This document shows positions 51,918-61,416 of a stretch of DNA of 64,000 bases, in pieces; within the stretch, counting starts at the first letter, position 1; the number at the start of each line of letters is the position of its first letter. The position numbers and the translations under genes were made by a program. A model generated the notes under the pieces. It did no database searches, was not told where the DNA came from, and was given only the letters and a program-made list of their open reading frames with translations. Source of the stretch: Nostoc sp. DedSLP01 (GTDB taxonomy: Bacteria; Cyanobacteriota; Cyanobacteriia; Cyanobacteriales; Nostocaceae); contig JAVRCJ020000005.1 of the NCBI GenBank assembly GCA_034530875.2, positions 128,001-192,000 on the forward strand, given 5' to 3'.

Positions 51918-51931
51918 AGTACTAATGTTCT
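51918..51931 (+). promoter_or_regulatory. Cyanobacterial LexA box upstream of lexA
   Basis: AGTACTAATGTTCT fits RGTACNNNDGTWCB; TATAAT at 51941-51946. Confidence 0.85.
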
Positions 51932-51962
51932 AGAGACATTTATAATTACTTCCCGAAAATTT

Positions 51963-52568
51963 ATGGAACGTCTAACAGAAGCTCAACAAGAACTTTACGA
52001 ATGGTTGGTAGAATATATCCGAACGCATCAGCATTCGCCTTCAATTAGGCAAATGATGCAAGCGATGAATTTGAAGTCACCGGCACCAATTCAAAGTCGT
52101 TTAGAACATTTACGTACAAAAGGATATATAGAATGGACTGGAGGCCAAGCAAGAACGATTAGAATTTTGCGTTCTGTTAAACAAGGCATACCAATTTTGG
52201 GGACGATCGCTGCTGGTGGTTTAATAGAACCATTTACTGATGCTGTAGATCATTTAGACTTTTCTAATTTCTCGTTACCTCCCCAAACCTACGCTTTGCG
52301 GGTAGCTGGCGATAGCATGATTGAAGATTTAATTGCTGATGGCGATGTGGTATTCTTGCGTCCAGTACCAGAACCAAATCAGTTGAAAAATGGTACTATC
52401 GTCGCCGCGAGAGTTGATGGATTCGGTACAACATTAAAACGTTTTTATCGTCAAGGCGATCGCGTTACTCTCAAACCAGCAAATTCTAAGTACAATCCCA
52501 TTGAAGTCAGCGCCATGCAAGTGCAGGTGCAGGGTTCTTTGATTGGTGTTTGGCGGGGTTACAACTGA
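51963..52568 (+). CDS. lexA: LexA repressor
   Basis: wHTH (SPSIRQM), IAAG cleavage site, GDSM and TLKR catalytic residues. Confidence 0.97.
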   Translation: MERLTEAQQELYEWLVEYIRTHQHSPSIRQMMQAMNLKSPAPIQSRLEHLRTKGYIEWTGGQARTIRILRSVKQGIPILGTIAAGGLIEPFTDAVDHLDFSNFSLPPQTYALRVAGDSMIEDLIADGDVVFLRPVPEPNQLKNGTIVAARVDGFGTTLKRFYRQGDRVTLKPANSKYNPIEVSAMQVQVQGSLIGVWRGYN

Positions 52569-52696
52569 ATAAGTGGGGAGTGGGGAGTGGGGAATAGGGA
52601 ATTGGGGAGATAAGGGAGAATAATAACTCCTAACTCTTAACTCCTCACTTAGCACTCCCAATAATTAAGGTTCATCACCACTTTTGTGCTTAATAT

Positions 52697-54178
52697 ATGT
52701 ACTTGACGGCAAATCCAGTGCGGCAACTGCCCACTTTCCGCTTAAAACCACCATTTGCGAGGGAAAGTAAGGGCAGTTATCAAACATCGCAACCATTACC
52801 AGGATGTCCATTAAAGCCTGCATCTTTGCAATTGCGGCAATATCAGCGAGAAGCTATCGCCAGCTGGTTTGCTAATAATGGTAGAGGGACGCTCAAAATG
52901 GCTACTGGTAGTGGTAAGACTATTACGGCATTAGCGATCGCTTGTGAATTATATCAGCAGATTAATTTACAAGTGTTGTTGGTGGTGTGTCCTTATCGCC
53001 ATCTTGTCACCCAATGGGCAAGAGAATGTGAAAAATTTAATTTGCAACCGATTTTAGCTTTTGAGAATTTACGCACTTGGCAAAGTCAACTTTCAGGGCA
53101 AATTTATAATCTGCGTTCTGGTTCTCAACGGTTTGTTACTGTCATCACTACAAACTCGACTTTAATTGGAGATGGGTTTCAATCTCAACTCAAATATTTT
53201 CCCGCCAAAACTTTAATTATTGGCGATGAAGCACATAATTTAGGCGCACCGAAGTTAGAAGAAAGTTTGCCGCGCCGGGTGGGGTTAAGATTAGCTTTAT
53301 CTGCCACACCGGAGAGGTATTTTGATGATTTGGGTACGCAATCTTTATTTGATTATTTTGGCCCGGTTCTCCAGCCAGAGTTCGCTTTAAGGGATGCGAT
53401 CGCCTGCGGTGCTTTGGTACATTATCTGTATTATCCGGTGTTGGTGGAGTTAACCGAAGCAGAAAGTATTGCTTATTTAAGGTTAACTAAAAAAATTGGG
53501 CGATCGCTTTTATTTCGAGAACGAGAAAATGGACAAGCAGGAGATTTTGAAGACAATGAAGATTTAAAGCCTTTATTGATGCAAAGAGCAAGGTTAATTG
53601 GTGCAGCCGAAAATAAATTAAATGCTTTGCGCGATTTAATGGCAACTCGCCGCGAAACTACTCACACTCTTTTTTATTGTAGTGACGGTTCGCCAGAAAC
53701 AGGACAGCGTTCATCGCTACGCCAACTCAAAGCTGTTGCCAAAATTCTCGGAGTAGAAATAGGTTACAAAGTTAGCACCTATACGGCTCAAACTTCTTTA
53801 GAAGAAAGGGAAATATTACGCCGTCAATTTGAAAGTGGTGAATTGCAAGGTTTGGTAGCGATTCGTTGCTTAGATGAAGGTGTCGATATTCCGGCAATTA
53901 AAACTGCGGTGATTTTATCAAGTTCTGGTAATCCCCGCCAGTTTATCCAGCGACGGGGGCGAGTTTTACGCCCTCATCCAAGTAAAGAACGTGCAACTAT
54001 ATTCGACATGATTGTTTTGCCACCAGATTTAGATAGAGAAACAATAGAAGTTGAACGCAATTTATTAAGAAAGGAGTTACGCCGCTTTGTTGAATTTGCC
54101 GATTTGGCTGATAATGCTGGTGAAGCCAGAATGAAATTACTGGATTTACAAAAGCGATATGGTTTATTAGATATTTAA
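52697..54178 (+). CDS. SF2 DEAH helicase of the 'DNA phosphorothioation system restriction enzyme' family
   Basis: LRQYQ, ATGSGKT, DEAH, LSATPER, LDEGVDIP and QRRGRVLR; dnd context. Confidence 0.88.
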   Translation: MYLTANPVRQLPTFRLKPPFARESKGSYQTSQPLPGCPLKPASLQLRQYQREAIASWFANNGRGTLKMATGSGKTITALAIACELYQQINLQVLLVVCPYRHLVTQWARECEKFNLQPILAFENLRTWQSQLSGQIYNLRSGSQRFVTVITTNSTLIGDGFQSQLKYFPAKTLIIGDEAHNLGAPKLEESLPRRVGLRLALSATPERYFDDLGTQSLFDYFGPVLQPEFALRDAIACGALVHYLYYPVLVELTEAESIAYLRLTKKIGRSLLFRERENGQAGDFEDNEDLKPLLMQRARLIGAAENKLNALRDLMATRRETTHTLFYCSDGSPETGQRSSLRQLKAVAKILGVEIGYKVSTYTAQTSLEEREILRRQFESGELQGLVAIRCLDEGVDIPAIKTAVILSSSGNPRQFIQRRGRVLRPHPSKERATIFDMIVLPPDLDRETIEVERNLLRKELRRFVEFADLADNAGEARMKLLDLQKRYGLLDI

Positions 54179-54507
54179 TAATGAATCAGATTGTATTTGT
54201 ATTTTTTTGTAAAAATTTTTCTGGGTTTGTAGAAACAAGCATTAAGTATGAAATAATGAAAATATGAATTAAATTATAATGGGATATAAGCAAAATTTTT
54301 AGAGCAGCTTACATCCCATTATAATATGGTTTATTAAGACTAATTTTATCAGAAAAATATTAAAGGATAAAGCATTTTTTCAAAAAAATTCAGATTTAAA
54401 TATTATAGTTTTTCAAAATTTAAAGATAATGCTAACCGTAGCTTTACAGTGACAAATGCACCAGTAGAGAGGGTTAAAATATAGAAAAAATTATTTTAGA
54501 ATCAAAG

Positions 54508-54681
54508 ATGCCACAAGAGGCGAATATCGATGATGTGCAGGAGCCAATAACCAACGCTCCACCAGAAGTACGACAAATTATTGAGCGAGTGTGGAAGCTG
54601 GAAAAAAGTAGGCTCGATCGCAAAAGTAAAGGGCATATTAACGATGATATTCTAGATATTATCAAGGAAGCAGTGCAATGA
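54508..54681 (+). CDS. 57-aa small protein translationally coupled to the ABC ATPase (not in ORF track)
   Basis: MPQEANIDDVQEPITNAPPEVRQIIERVWKLEKSRLDRKSKGHINDDILDIIKEAVQ*; ATGA overlap at 54678-54681. Confidence 0.75.
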   Translation: MPQEANIDDVQEPITNAPPEVRQIIERVWKLEKSRLDRKSKGHINDDILDIIKEAVQ

Positions 54682-56750
54682 AGCTGACTTCAATTAAGCT
54701 GTGCAATTTTCGCTCGTTTTATGGTACAACGCCAGAGATGAATCTCGCTGGAGGAGAAATTCACAACACGACGATTATTCATGGTAATAACGGTGCTGGT
54801 AAAACGAGTTTGTTGAATGCATTTACGTGGGTATTATATGAGAAATTTAGTGCGGCGTTTGCATCGACAGAACAGTTAGTAAATAAAAGAGCGATCGCCG
54901 AAGCCCAAAGAGGGCAAACTATAGAATGTTGGGTAGAAGTTGGTTGGGAACATGATGTCACCCGCTATCGAGTTAAACGTTCTTGTCGGGTTTACAAAAA
55001 CGCCAGCGAAATGGAAGCAGGTAAAACTCAATTAACCATGTGGGTGAGTGGTGACGATGGCAAATGGAATTTACCGACTCAGCCACCAGAAGATATTATT
55101 AATCAGATTTTACCTGCTAGTTTACATCAATATTTTTTCTTTGACGGCGAACGAATTGAAGAGATAGTCCGTTCTGATAAAAAAGCCGAAATCGCCGAAG
55201 CAACAAAGATTTTTTTAGGCGTGGAAATCATCGAACGTTCAATTACACATTTGAAAGGAGCTAAAAAAAGTTTAGAAACTGAATTAACAGCTATTGGGGA
55301 TGCAGAAACTAAACAACTTTTACGACAACAAGAAAAAATAGAACGTGAAATTGATAGTATCACCAAACGCCAAAGTGAAATTCAGCAAGAATTAGAATAT
55401 CAACAAACCTTCAAAAAAGAGACAAGCAACCGTTTACGAGAACTCAGTGCTGCTAAAGAACTGCAAGAAAGACGGCAGAGTTTAGAATCACAAAAAGAAG
55501 CAAACCGAGAAGAACTCAGAAAAACTAGAGACGCGCTGAAAAAAGTAATTTCAGCGCGGGGTTATACAGTATTGCTATCAGATACTACAAGCCAATTTCG
55601 CAAAATATTTGATGATTTTAAGCAACGCGGCGAGTTAACCTCAGGAATTTCGCGGGAATTTATCAATGAATTACTGAAATCTAAACGTTGTATTTGTGGT
55701 GCAGATTTAAAGGCAGGGACTCATCATCATAGTAATGTACAAGTCTGGCTAGAAAGAGCAGGTTCATCGACAGTAGAAGAAACTGCAATTCGTATGAGCG
55801 CCCAAGTAGATGAAATTGATAAGCAAGCAATAGCATTTTGGGAAGAAGTTGATAGAGAACAACTGAGAATCGAACAGTTAAGACAGACGATATCTCAAAT
55901 TGAAAGCGAATTAGATAGTATTCAAGAACGATTACGCAAAGATGCTAACGAAGAAATTAGCAGTTTACAAAAACGCCTAGACGAAATTGAAAACAAAATT
56001 GATGAATTAAATCGAGAACAAGGTGCAAATCAGCAGCGAATTGCTCATTTAAAAACAGAAATTGATGTTTTGGTTAAACAAATTGCTAAGCAGAAATTGA
56101 ATGAAGCGAAACAAGTTTTGGCGCAACGGCGTATCAATGCCACCCAAGATGCAATTGAACGGTTAACGGAAGTCAAAAATCGTCAAGAAAAACAATTTCG
56201 TCTGCAACTTGAAAAGCGAGTGCAAGAGATATTCACAGAGATTTCTGTTGCACCATATATCCCAAAAATCAGCGATAAGTATGAATTGACGCTGATAGAA
56301 AATACAGCAGGTATCGAAGCGCCAGTTGCAGCTTCCACAGGAGAAAATCAAATTCTTAGTTTGTCCTTTATTGCCAGTATCATCGATAGAGTGCGGGAGT
56401 GGAGCGAGAAGCGAAAAATGATGATGCTTCCCGATAGCAGTACTTTCCCAATTGTCATGGATTCGCCATTTGGAAGTTTAGATGAAATTTCACGGCGACA
56501 CATTGCTAAGACAATTCCTAAATTAGCCAATCAATTAATAGTGTTAGTCACTAAGACTCAATGGCGTGGTGAAGTAGAAGAAGAAATCACAGACAGAATT
56601 GGTAGAGAATACGTGCTGACTTATTATTCATCAAAGCCACATTGCGAGCAAGATTATATTGAATTGGGTGGTGAAAGATATCCTTTAGTGCGGCAAAGTC
56701 CTAATGAATTTGAGTATACCGAGATTATTGAAGTGGAACGCGATCGCTAA
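54678..56750 (+). CDS. SMC/Rad50-like coiled-coil ABC ATPase with CxC hinge (DndD paralogue)
   Basis: NFRSF, GNNGAGKTS, FFFDGE, central RCICG, ASTGE signature, VMDSPFGSLD. Confidence 0.9.
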   Translation: MKLTSIKLCNFRSFYGTTPEMNLAGGEIHNTTIIHGNNGAGKTSLLNAFTWVLYEKFSAAFASTEQLVNKRAIAEAQRGQTIECWVEVGWEHDVTRYRVKRSCRVYKNASEMEAGKTQLTMWVSGDDGKWNLPTQPPEDIINQILPASLHQYFFFDGERIEEIVRSDKKAEIAEATKIFLGVEIIERSITHLKGAKKSLETELTAIGDAETKQLLRQQEKIEREIDSITKRQSEIQQELEYQQTFKKETSNRLRELSAAKELQERRQSLESQKEANREELRKTRDALKKVISARGYTVLLSDTTSQFRKIFDDFKQRGELTSGISREFINELLKSKRCICGADLKAGTHHHSNVQVWLERAGSSTVEETAIRMSAQVDEIDKQAIAFWEEVDREQLRIEQLRQTISQIESELDSIQERLRKDANEEISSLQKRLDEIENKIDELNREQGANQQRIAHLKTEIDVLVKQIAKQKLNEAKQVLAQRRINATQDAIERLTEVKNRQEKQFRLQLEKRVQEIFTEISVAPYIPKISDKYELTLIENTAGIEAPVAASTGENQILSLSFIASIIDRVREWSEKRKMMMLPDSSTFPIVMDSPFGSLDEISRRHIAKTIPKLANQLIVLVTKTQWRGEVEEEITDRIGREYVLTYYSSKPHCEQDYIELGGERYPLVRQSPNEFEYTEIIEVERDR

Positions 56751-56812
56751 ATTAATTGCATACAATTATATTTAATATTATTTGTCGCTTTGTGTGGGCG
56801 ATCGCCATCATC

Positions 56813-57421
56813 ATGAGCAGAGCCAAAATTCTCGATCCATCCGAGATTTATACCTTCGCCAGCTATGCCGAATTAGCCTACGATAGTGCCGATATTCTAG
56901 CTGAATTTGGTGTTACTCTCAACAATAGTTCACTCCAACTTCCACAACAGTTACCAATAGATCCCGAACCACTGAGAACAGAACTACAAGAAAATCTCAC
57001 TTTGGTAGATCCTGTTTCCGAAATAGCTAGACGCGAAGCACTAATCTTTCCGATTCTCAAAACAGTTTGCAAGTTCATTCAAGTACCACTCAAAATTGAA
57101 TATCCCGTGCGAGTTAGCAATTGGCTCAAAGGCAGTTTTGATTATTTCATTCCTACACCACAAAACTTATTAGTAATTGAAGCTAAAAATGCGGACTTAG
57201 CAAGAGGTTTTACCCAGTTAGCAGTAGAATTAATTGCGCTCGATCGATGGACTGAATCAACAGTTCCCATGCTTTATGGTACTGTGACAACAGGAGATAC
57301 CTGGAAATTTGGAATTTTTCACCGCCAAGAAAAAATAATTGACAAAGATATTAATACATACGCCGTTCCTAGCGATTTGAATTTGGTGCTTTCTGCTCTG
57401 TTTGGTATTAGTTTGAGCTAG
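56813..57421 (+). CDS. Hypothetical protein with PD-(D/E)XK nuclease-like motif
   Basis: IEYP...GSFDY...VIEAK...GFTQLAVEL...YGTVTTGDTWKF. Confidence 0.7.
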   Translation: MSRAKILDPSEIYTFASYAELAYDSADILAEFGVTLNNSSLQLPQQLPIDPEPLRTELQENLTLVDPVSEIARREALIFPILKTVCKFIQVPLKIEYPVRVSNWLKGSFDYFIPTPQNLLVIEAKNADLARGFTQLAVELIALDRWTESTVPMLYGTVTTGDTWKFGIFHRQEKIIDKDINTYAVPSDLNLVLSALFGISLS

Positions 57422-57532
57422 GTGAGGTGTTTTAAGAGAAGATGTTGCATTTAACTAAAAAATTAGAATAACAGTTGACTAAAAGTGAGAAAATAGAAGC
57501 ATAAATTAGCTGGAATTTTCAGGATTTAGATT

Positions 57533-57874
57533 ATGGGAATTAAGGAATTATTACTACCATTTCGGGAAGAGATATTAAAAATTGCCGCTAAATATGGCGC
57601 ATATAACGTGCGGGTGTTTGGTTCAGTTGCTAGAGGAGAAGCAAGATCTGATAGTGATGTAGATTTTTTGGTAGAACTTGAACCGGGACGTAATTTGTTA
57701 GACCGTATTGCTTTAATGCAAGATTTGGAGGAGTTGCTAAACCGTAAAGTTGATGTAGCCAAGCCTAATAATTTACATGAATTAATTAGGGAAAAAGTGT
57801 TAAGTGAAGCTGTAACACTACGAGAGAATAAAAGCGTTATTTACTGGATATTGCAGAATGTATTGAGAGGATAG
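57533..57874 (+). CDS. MNT minimal nucleotidyltransferase antitoxin, C-terminally extended by stop loss
   Basis: [16 protein letters not shown] (GSX10DXD); the family-typical end EAVTL is followed by CGA at 57821. Confidence 0.88.
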   Translation: MGIKELLLPFREEILKIAAKYGAYNVRVFGSVARGEARSDSDVDFLVELEPGRNLLDRIALMQDLEELLNRKVDVAKPNNLHELIREKVLSEAVTLRENKSVIYWILQNVLRG

Positions 57875-58158
57875 AAGAATACACCCGTGATGGTAGAGAG
57901 GCTTTTATCCAAACAAAGATGATTCAGGATGCTGTGGTCAGAAATTTTGAGATTATTGGTGAAGCAACTAAAAGAATATCTCAGGATTTAAGGCAAACTT
58001 ATCCTGATGTGCAATGGAAACGTATAGCTGGATTTAGAGATGTGCTAATTCACGACTATCTACGAGTTGATTATGATGATGTTTGGGGAATTATTGAGCG
58101 TGATTTACCAGCTTTGAAAGCAAATATTCAGATGATTTTAAAAGATTTAGGTATGTAG
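57820..58158 (+). pseudogene. HEPN (DUF86/HepT-like) toxin with destroyed start
   Basis: Frame reads ACG AGA GAA TAA then [17 protein letters not shown]...[16 protein letters not shown]...FRDVLIHDY. Confidence 0.82.
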
Positions 58159-58226
58159 CGCAAAAAGCTTGTAGGCATCGCTTATAGCTTTCGGTTAATA
58201 TAGCTACACAGTAGATATTAAAGTCA

Positions 58227-58697
58227 ATGGCTGCAAATAGAATCAAGGTTGCTAAAGATAAAGCTGAGTTAGTGAAATCCTTAGTCGCATCAAAAGACAC
58301 AACAGGGCCTTTTCAAACTTATGTAGAAGTGATGGTATTTGCTGCTGCTTTAGGCGTTAGATATAAAAAGCGTATACCTTTAGGCGAAACTACAAAAAGA
58401 GAACCTTCTCCCATTCCACAAGAAAACTTTGTCTCGTTGGGACATGAGCTAATAATTAAATTATTGGGAATTAATGAAACACAAGATATAGAAATTATTT
58501 CTTCGCAACAAGAAGAATATGAAGATAAACGCACCCAAATTTTTGAAGAATACGCCAATGGAGGTCTAGAAATTTTACAAACCGAATTACGCGGAGCCGT
58601 AGATTATTCAGAGCGTATTCTTTTATTCTTAATTGCAGAAAAAGATAATAAAGAATCGATAGATGAAGAATTTGACCTGAGCAGATTTTTAAGTTAA
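58227..58697 (+). CDS. DNA phosphorothioation-associated protein 4-like
   Basis: GPFQTYVEVMVFAAALG...IFEEYANGGLEIL pattern; dnd context. Confidence 0.8.
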   Translation: MAANRIKVAKDKAELVKSLVASKDTTGPFQTYVEVMVFAAALGVRYKKRIPLGETTKREPSPIPQENFVSLGHELIIKLLGINETQDIEIISSQQEEYEDKRTQIFEEYANGGLEILQTELRGAVDYSERILLFLIAEKDNKESIDEEFDLSRFLS

Positions 58698-58721
58698 TTT
58701 TTAAGACTCATTTAAAGAATT

Positions 58722-59663
58722 ATGAAAACATTAGATTATTACTATAAATCTTTTTCTCAATTAAATGTAAGTAGTAGCAGTAAGCGTGGTAATGCTCACT
58801 ATAAACCAATATTGGTTTTAACTGTAATTGATTTGATAACACGAGGACTTATTAATGATAATCAAATTCCAGTCTCAGAAGAATTAATTGATACATTTGA
58901 GAGATACTGGAGTATTTTAGGCTCTAAATCTTATAAAGGTGGTTTGCATTATCCATTCTTACATCTACAAAGTGATAGTTTTTGGCACTTAATATTTAAA
59001 CCAGAGTTTAAGGGACTACAGCCAAAAACCACTAACAAGTTGAAAGAAGCTGTTGAATATGCTTATCTTGATGATGAACTATTTAATTTTTTACAAGATG
59101 AATCTTCCAGACAAGAATTAATTGATTCACTCGTAACAACTTTTTTTCAGGAACAGCAAGACGAATTTGAAGAGATTTTGCAAATTAACCGATCTTTTCA
59201 AGAAGATGACTTAGCTACAGAGAAATTAGCTGCCTCGACTAACTTAGATAATAATCCAAGGTGGGGTATTAGAAAGGCAGTGATTAGAAATGCTTTTTTT
59301 AGAAAAACTATCGTTCGTGTATATGATTCCAAATGTGCTTTTTGTGGCATTAGAGTAACTAAAGGTGCAAATCAAAATATTGTAGATGGCGCACACATCA
59401 AGCCTTTTGCACAATTCTATGACAGCAGAATCAATAATGGTATTGCTATTTGCAAAAATCACCATTGGGCTTTTGACCGTGGTTGGTTTACTGCTGATGA
59501 GCAGTATAAAATTATTGTTAGTAAAGAATTAGAAGAAATATCTCCTTACACTAAACGTATGAAAGATTTTCATGGCGAAAGCTTACTGTTGCCAAATAAA
59601 GAGCAATACTTTCCAGAAGTAGAAGCACTGAAATGGCATCGGCAAAATATATTTCAAAGGTAA
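58722..59663 (+). CDS. HNH endonuclease with N-terminal sulfur-binding-domain (SBD)-like region
   Basis: AHYKPILVL...HYPFLHLQSDSFWHL; CAFC...GAHIKPF...NGIAICKNHHWAFD. Confidence 0.82.
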   Translation: MKTLDYYYKSFSQLNVSSSSKRGNAHYKPILVLTVIDLITRGLINDNQIPVSEELIDTFERYWSILGSKSYKGGLHYPFLHLQSDSFWHLIFKPEFKGLQPKTTNKLKEAVEYAYLDDELFNFLQDESSRQELIDSLVTTFFQEQQDEFEEILQINRSFQEDDLATEKLAASTNLDNNPRWGIRKAVIRNAFFRKTIVRVYDSKCAFCGIRVTKGANQNIVDGAHIKPFAQFYDSRINNGIAICKNHHWAFDRGWFTADEQYKIIVSKELEEISPYTKRMKDFHGESLLLPNKEQYFPEVEALKWHRQNIFQR

Positions 59664-61262
59664 TTACAACACAGGTGGAAGTCCTACTTCTTTTAGTTCC
59701 ACGAATTCACCATCAAAACCAATTGTTTTATTTTCCACAGTCCTAGCATTAGCCAAAGCCTTACGCAGTTCAGCACGTTCCATTGAATCTTCAATTCCGC
59801 CAAGGATGTAAATTAATAACTTTGTTGCTAATTCTTTTCCCGAAACCTGCACTCGCTTTTTATTAGCGTCATACAAAACCCCATACCAAAGAGACTGAGG
59901 ATATTCCATACCAGCAAAACCGCCTTGCTGGTCAAACTTTCGCAACTTCTTAAAAATACTGGTTATAGAAAAACCTTTTTTAAATACTAAAAATCCTAAA
60001 GCTTGTGCTAAAGCAACTTGCGCTACAGGACGGAAAAGTATATTTGCTTCGCCTCCACCTTTCTCAAAACTAAATCTTCGCAAAACAGGCGTATCTTCAT
60101 GTTCTAAAATTTTATAACTAGGCAAATTAGCCAAATTATCAAAAAGCTTTTTAAATTCCTCAATTCCTTGCTCAATTTCTTCATTTTCTGGACGCATGGG
60201 AATTAAACCTTTTTCCACTGGTTTCCAGTGTGGGAATTTTTGACCTAAATATCGCTCAGACATATCTTGTAGTGCTTGCAGTGTCGTCAAAACTGTAGAG
60301 TTTGCTGCTACAGTTGCACTATTCCAATTAACACGCGGGTTACGATTTAAACGTTGTTCTAAAAGTGGATGAGTCACTGCAATTTTTCTAGCCACAATAG
60401 AAAAACCATCATCTTCATTTAACTGTGCTAACTGGCCTTTAGTTAAAGGCGCAGCCATAAGGTTGACATGGACAAAAATCGACCTCACCCTTCTTCTAGC
60501 TTGGTTGCGAGTCTCTCCAGAATTTACTGCACAAATGAACTCAATACCAATTTTTTCTTTAGGTAAGCTTTGTAAATAAGCAGGATCTACTTGATACTGG
60601 TTTATCAAATCTGACACCGTAATAAAACTATCATCAGCAGTTTTATCTTTTTTATATCGCTGGAGTTTGCCAGTTTTTATTAACTCCATCAAACCCTGAA
60701 CTCCCATCAGCCGATGTTGACCATCTAGGGCATAAATGGTTACATTTTCTTCAGAAACATTGAGTAAGCCGACCTTACCATCTTTATCTAGAGGTGTAAA
60801 ATCTGTAGTAGATTTTGTGGCGCGTTCTTCACTGTCCCACTCAGATGCTTTAGGGTTATCCACCCAAGGTTGATTAATTACTACTAGCACTGCTGGAAAC
60901 TTATGATTTTTTCTAGCAGCTAAATACTGAACTAAGGGCGCTTGACGCGACCAGTCAACGGGACGTTGTTGAATTTCATCAATACTATCCGCATCAATTT
61001 CGATGTTATCTGTTTCTGGATTGTATTTTTTTTGTAGCAAAGGTAAACCAGAAGCAAAATGAACTCGGCCTGCGAACCATTCTAGGGTGACAGAACCAAC
61101 ATAAGCTTCACTTCCACCCATCTCAGTTTTTTGAACGAGAATTTGGTCTTTCTTTTCTAAAAATTTCTCTAGAAGTAAAGCTAGTACCTCTTTTTCCTTG
61201 TTTTCTCTCTCTAGGTACTCTCTAGCAATATCAGCAGTTAAGTCAGATGCAATGTCTCTCAT
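59664..61262 (-). CDS. DGQHR-domain (DndB-like) protein
   Basis: QQRPVDWSR, FPAVL and ALDGQHRL; divergent from dndC. Confidence 0.88.
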   Translation of the reverse strand: MRDIASDLTADIAREYLERENKEKEVLALLLEKFLEKKDQILVQKTEMGGSEAYVGSVTLEWFAGRVHFASGLPLLQKKYNPETDNIEIDADSIDEIQQRPVDWSRQAPLVQYLAARKNHKFPAVLVVINQPWVDNPKASEWDSEERATKSTTDFTPLDKDGKVGLLNVSEENVTIYALDGQHRLMGVQGLMELIKTGKLQRYKKDKTADDSFITVSDLINQYQVDPAYLQSLPKEKIGIEFICAVNSGETRNQARRRVRSIFVHVNLMAAPLTKGQLAQLNEDDGFSIVARKIAVTHPLLEQRLNRNPRVNWNSATVAANSTVLTTLQALQDMSERYLGQKFPHWKPVEKGLIPMRPENEEIEQGIEEFKKLFDNLANLPSYKILEHEDTPVLRRFSFEKGGGEANILFRPVAQVALAQALGFLVFKKGFSITSIFKKLRKFDQQGGFAGMEYPQSLWYGVLYDANKKRVQVSGKELATKLLIYILGGIEDSMERAELRKALANARTVENKTIGFDGEFVELKEVGLPPVL

Positions 61263-61416
61263 ATTAATTTTTAAAAACTTAGTCTTGTGAGGTAGCTATA
61301 TTGCCCAAAAAGTTAGATACTAATACTTTAGTTTTTAAAAACTTTTTGGGAACCCGCGCATTCCATACGCTGAGGTAAAAAAGCGGTAACGCCCAAATGT
61401 CCAGAGGTAGGAAGCA

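Noticed and set aside
47685..52660. Heptamer arrays (GGGGACT, GAGTTAG, GGGGAGT; also AGAATTC near 11.6, 15.9 and 23.8 kb)
   Set aside because: Ordinary Nostocales STRRs, not individually informative.
54678..56750. Naming this ATPase dndD
   Set aside because: A more canonical dndD starts at 63807 after dndC; this one has a CxC hinge and different neighbours.
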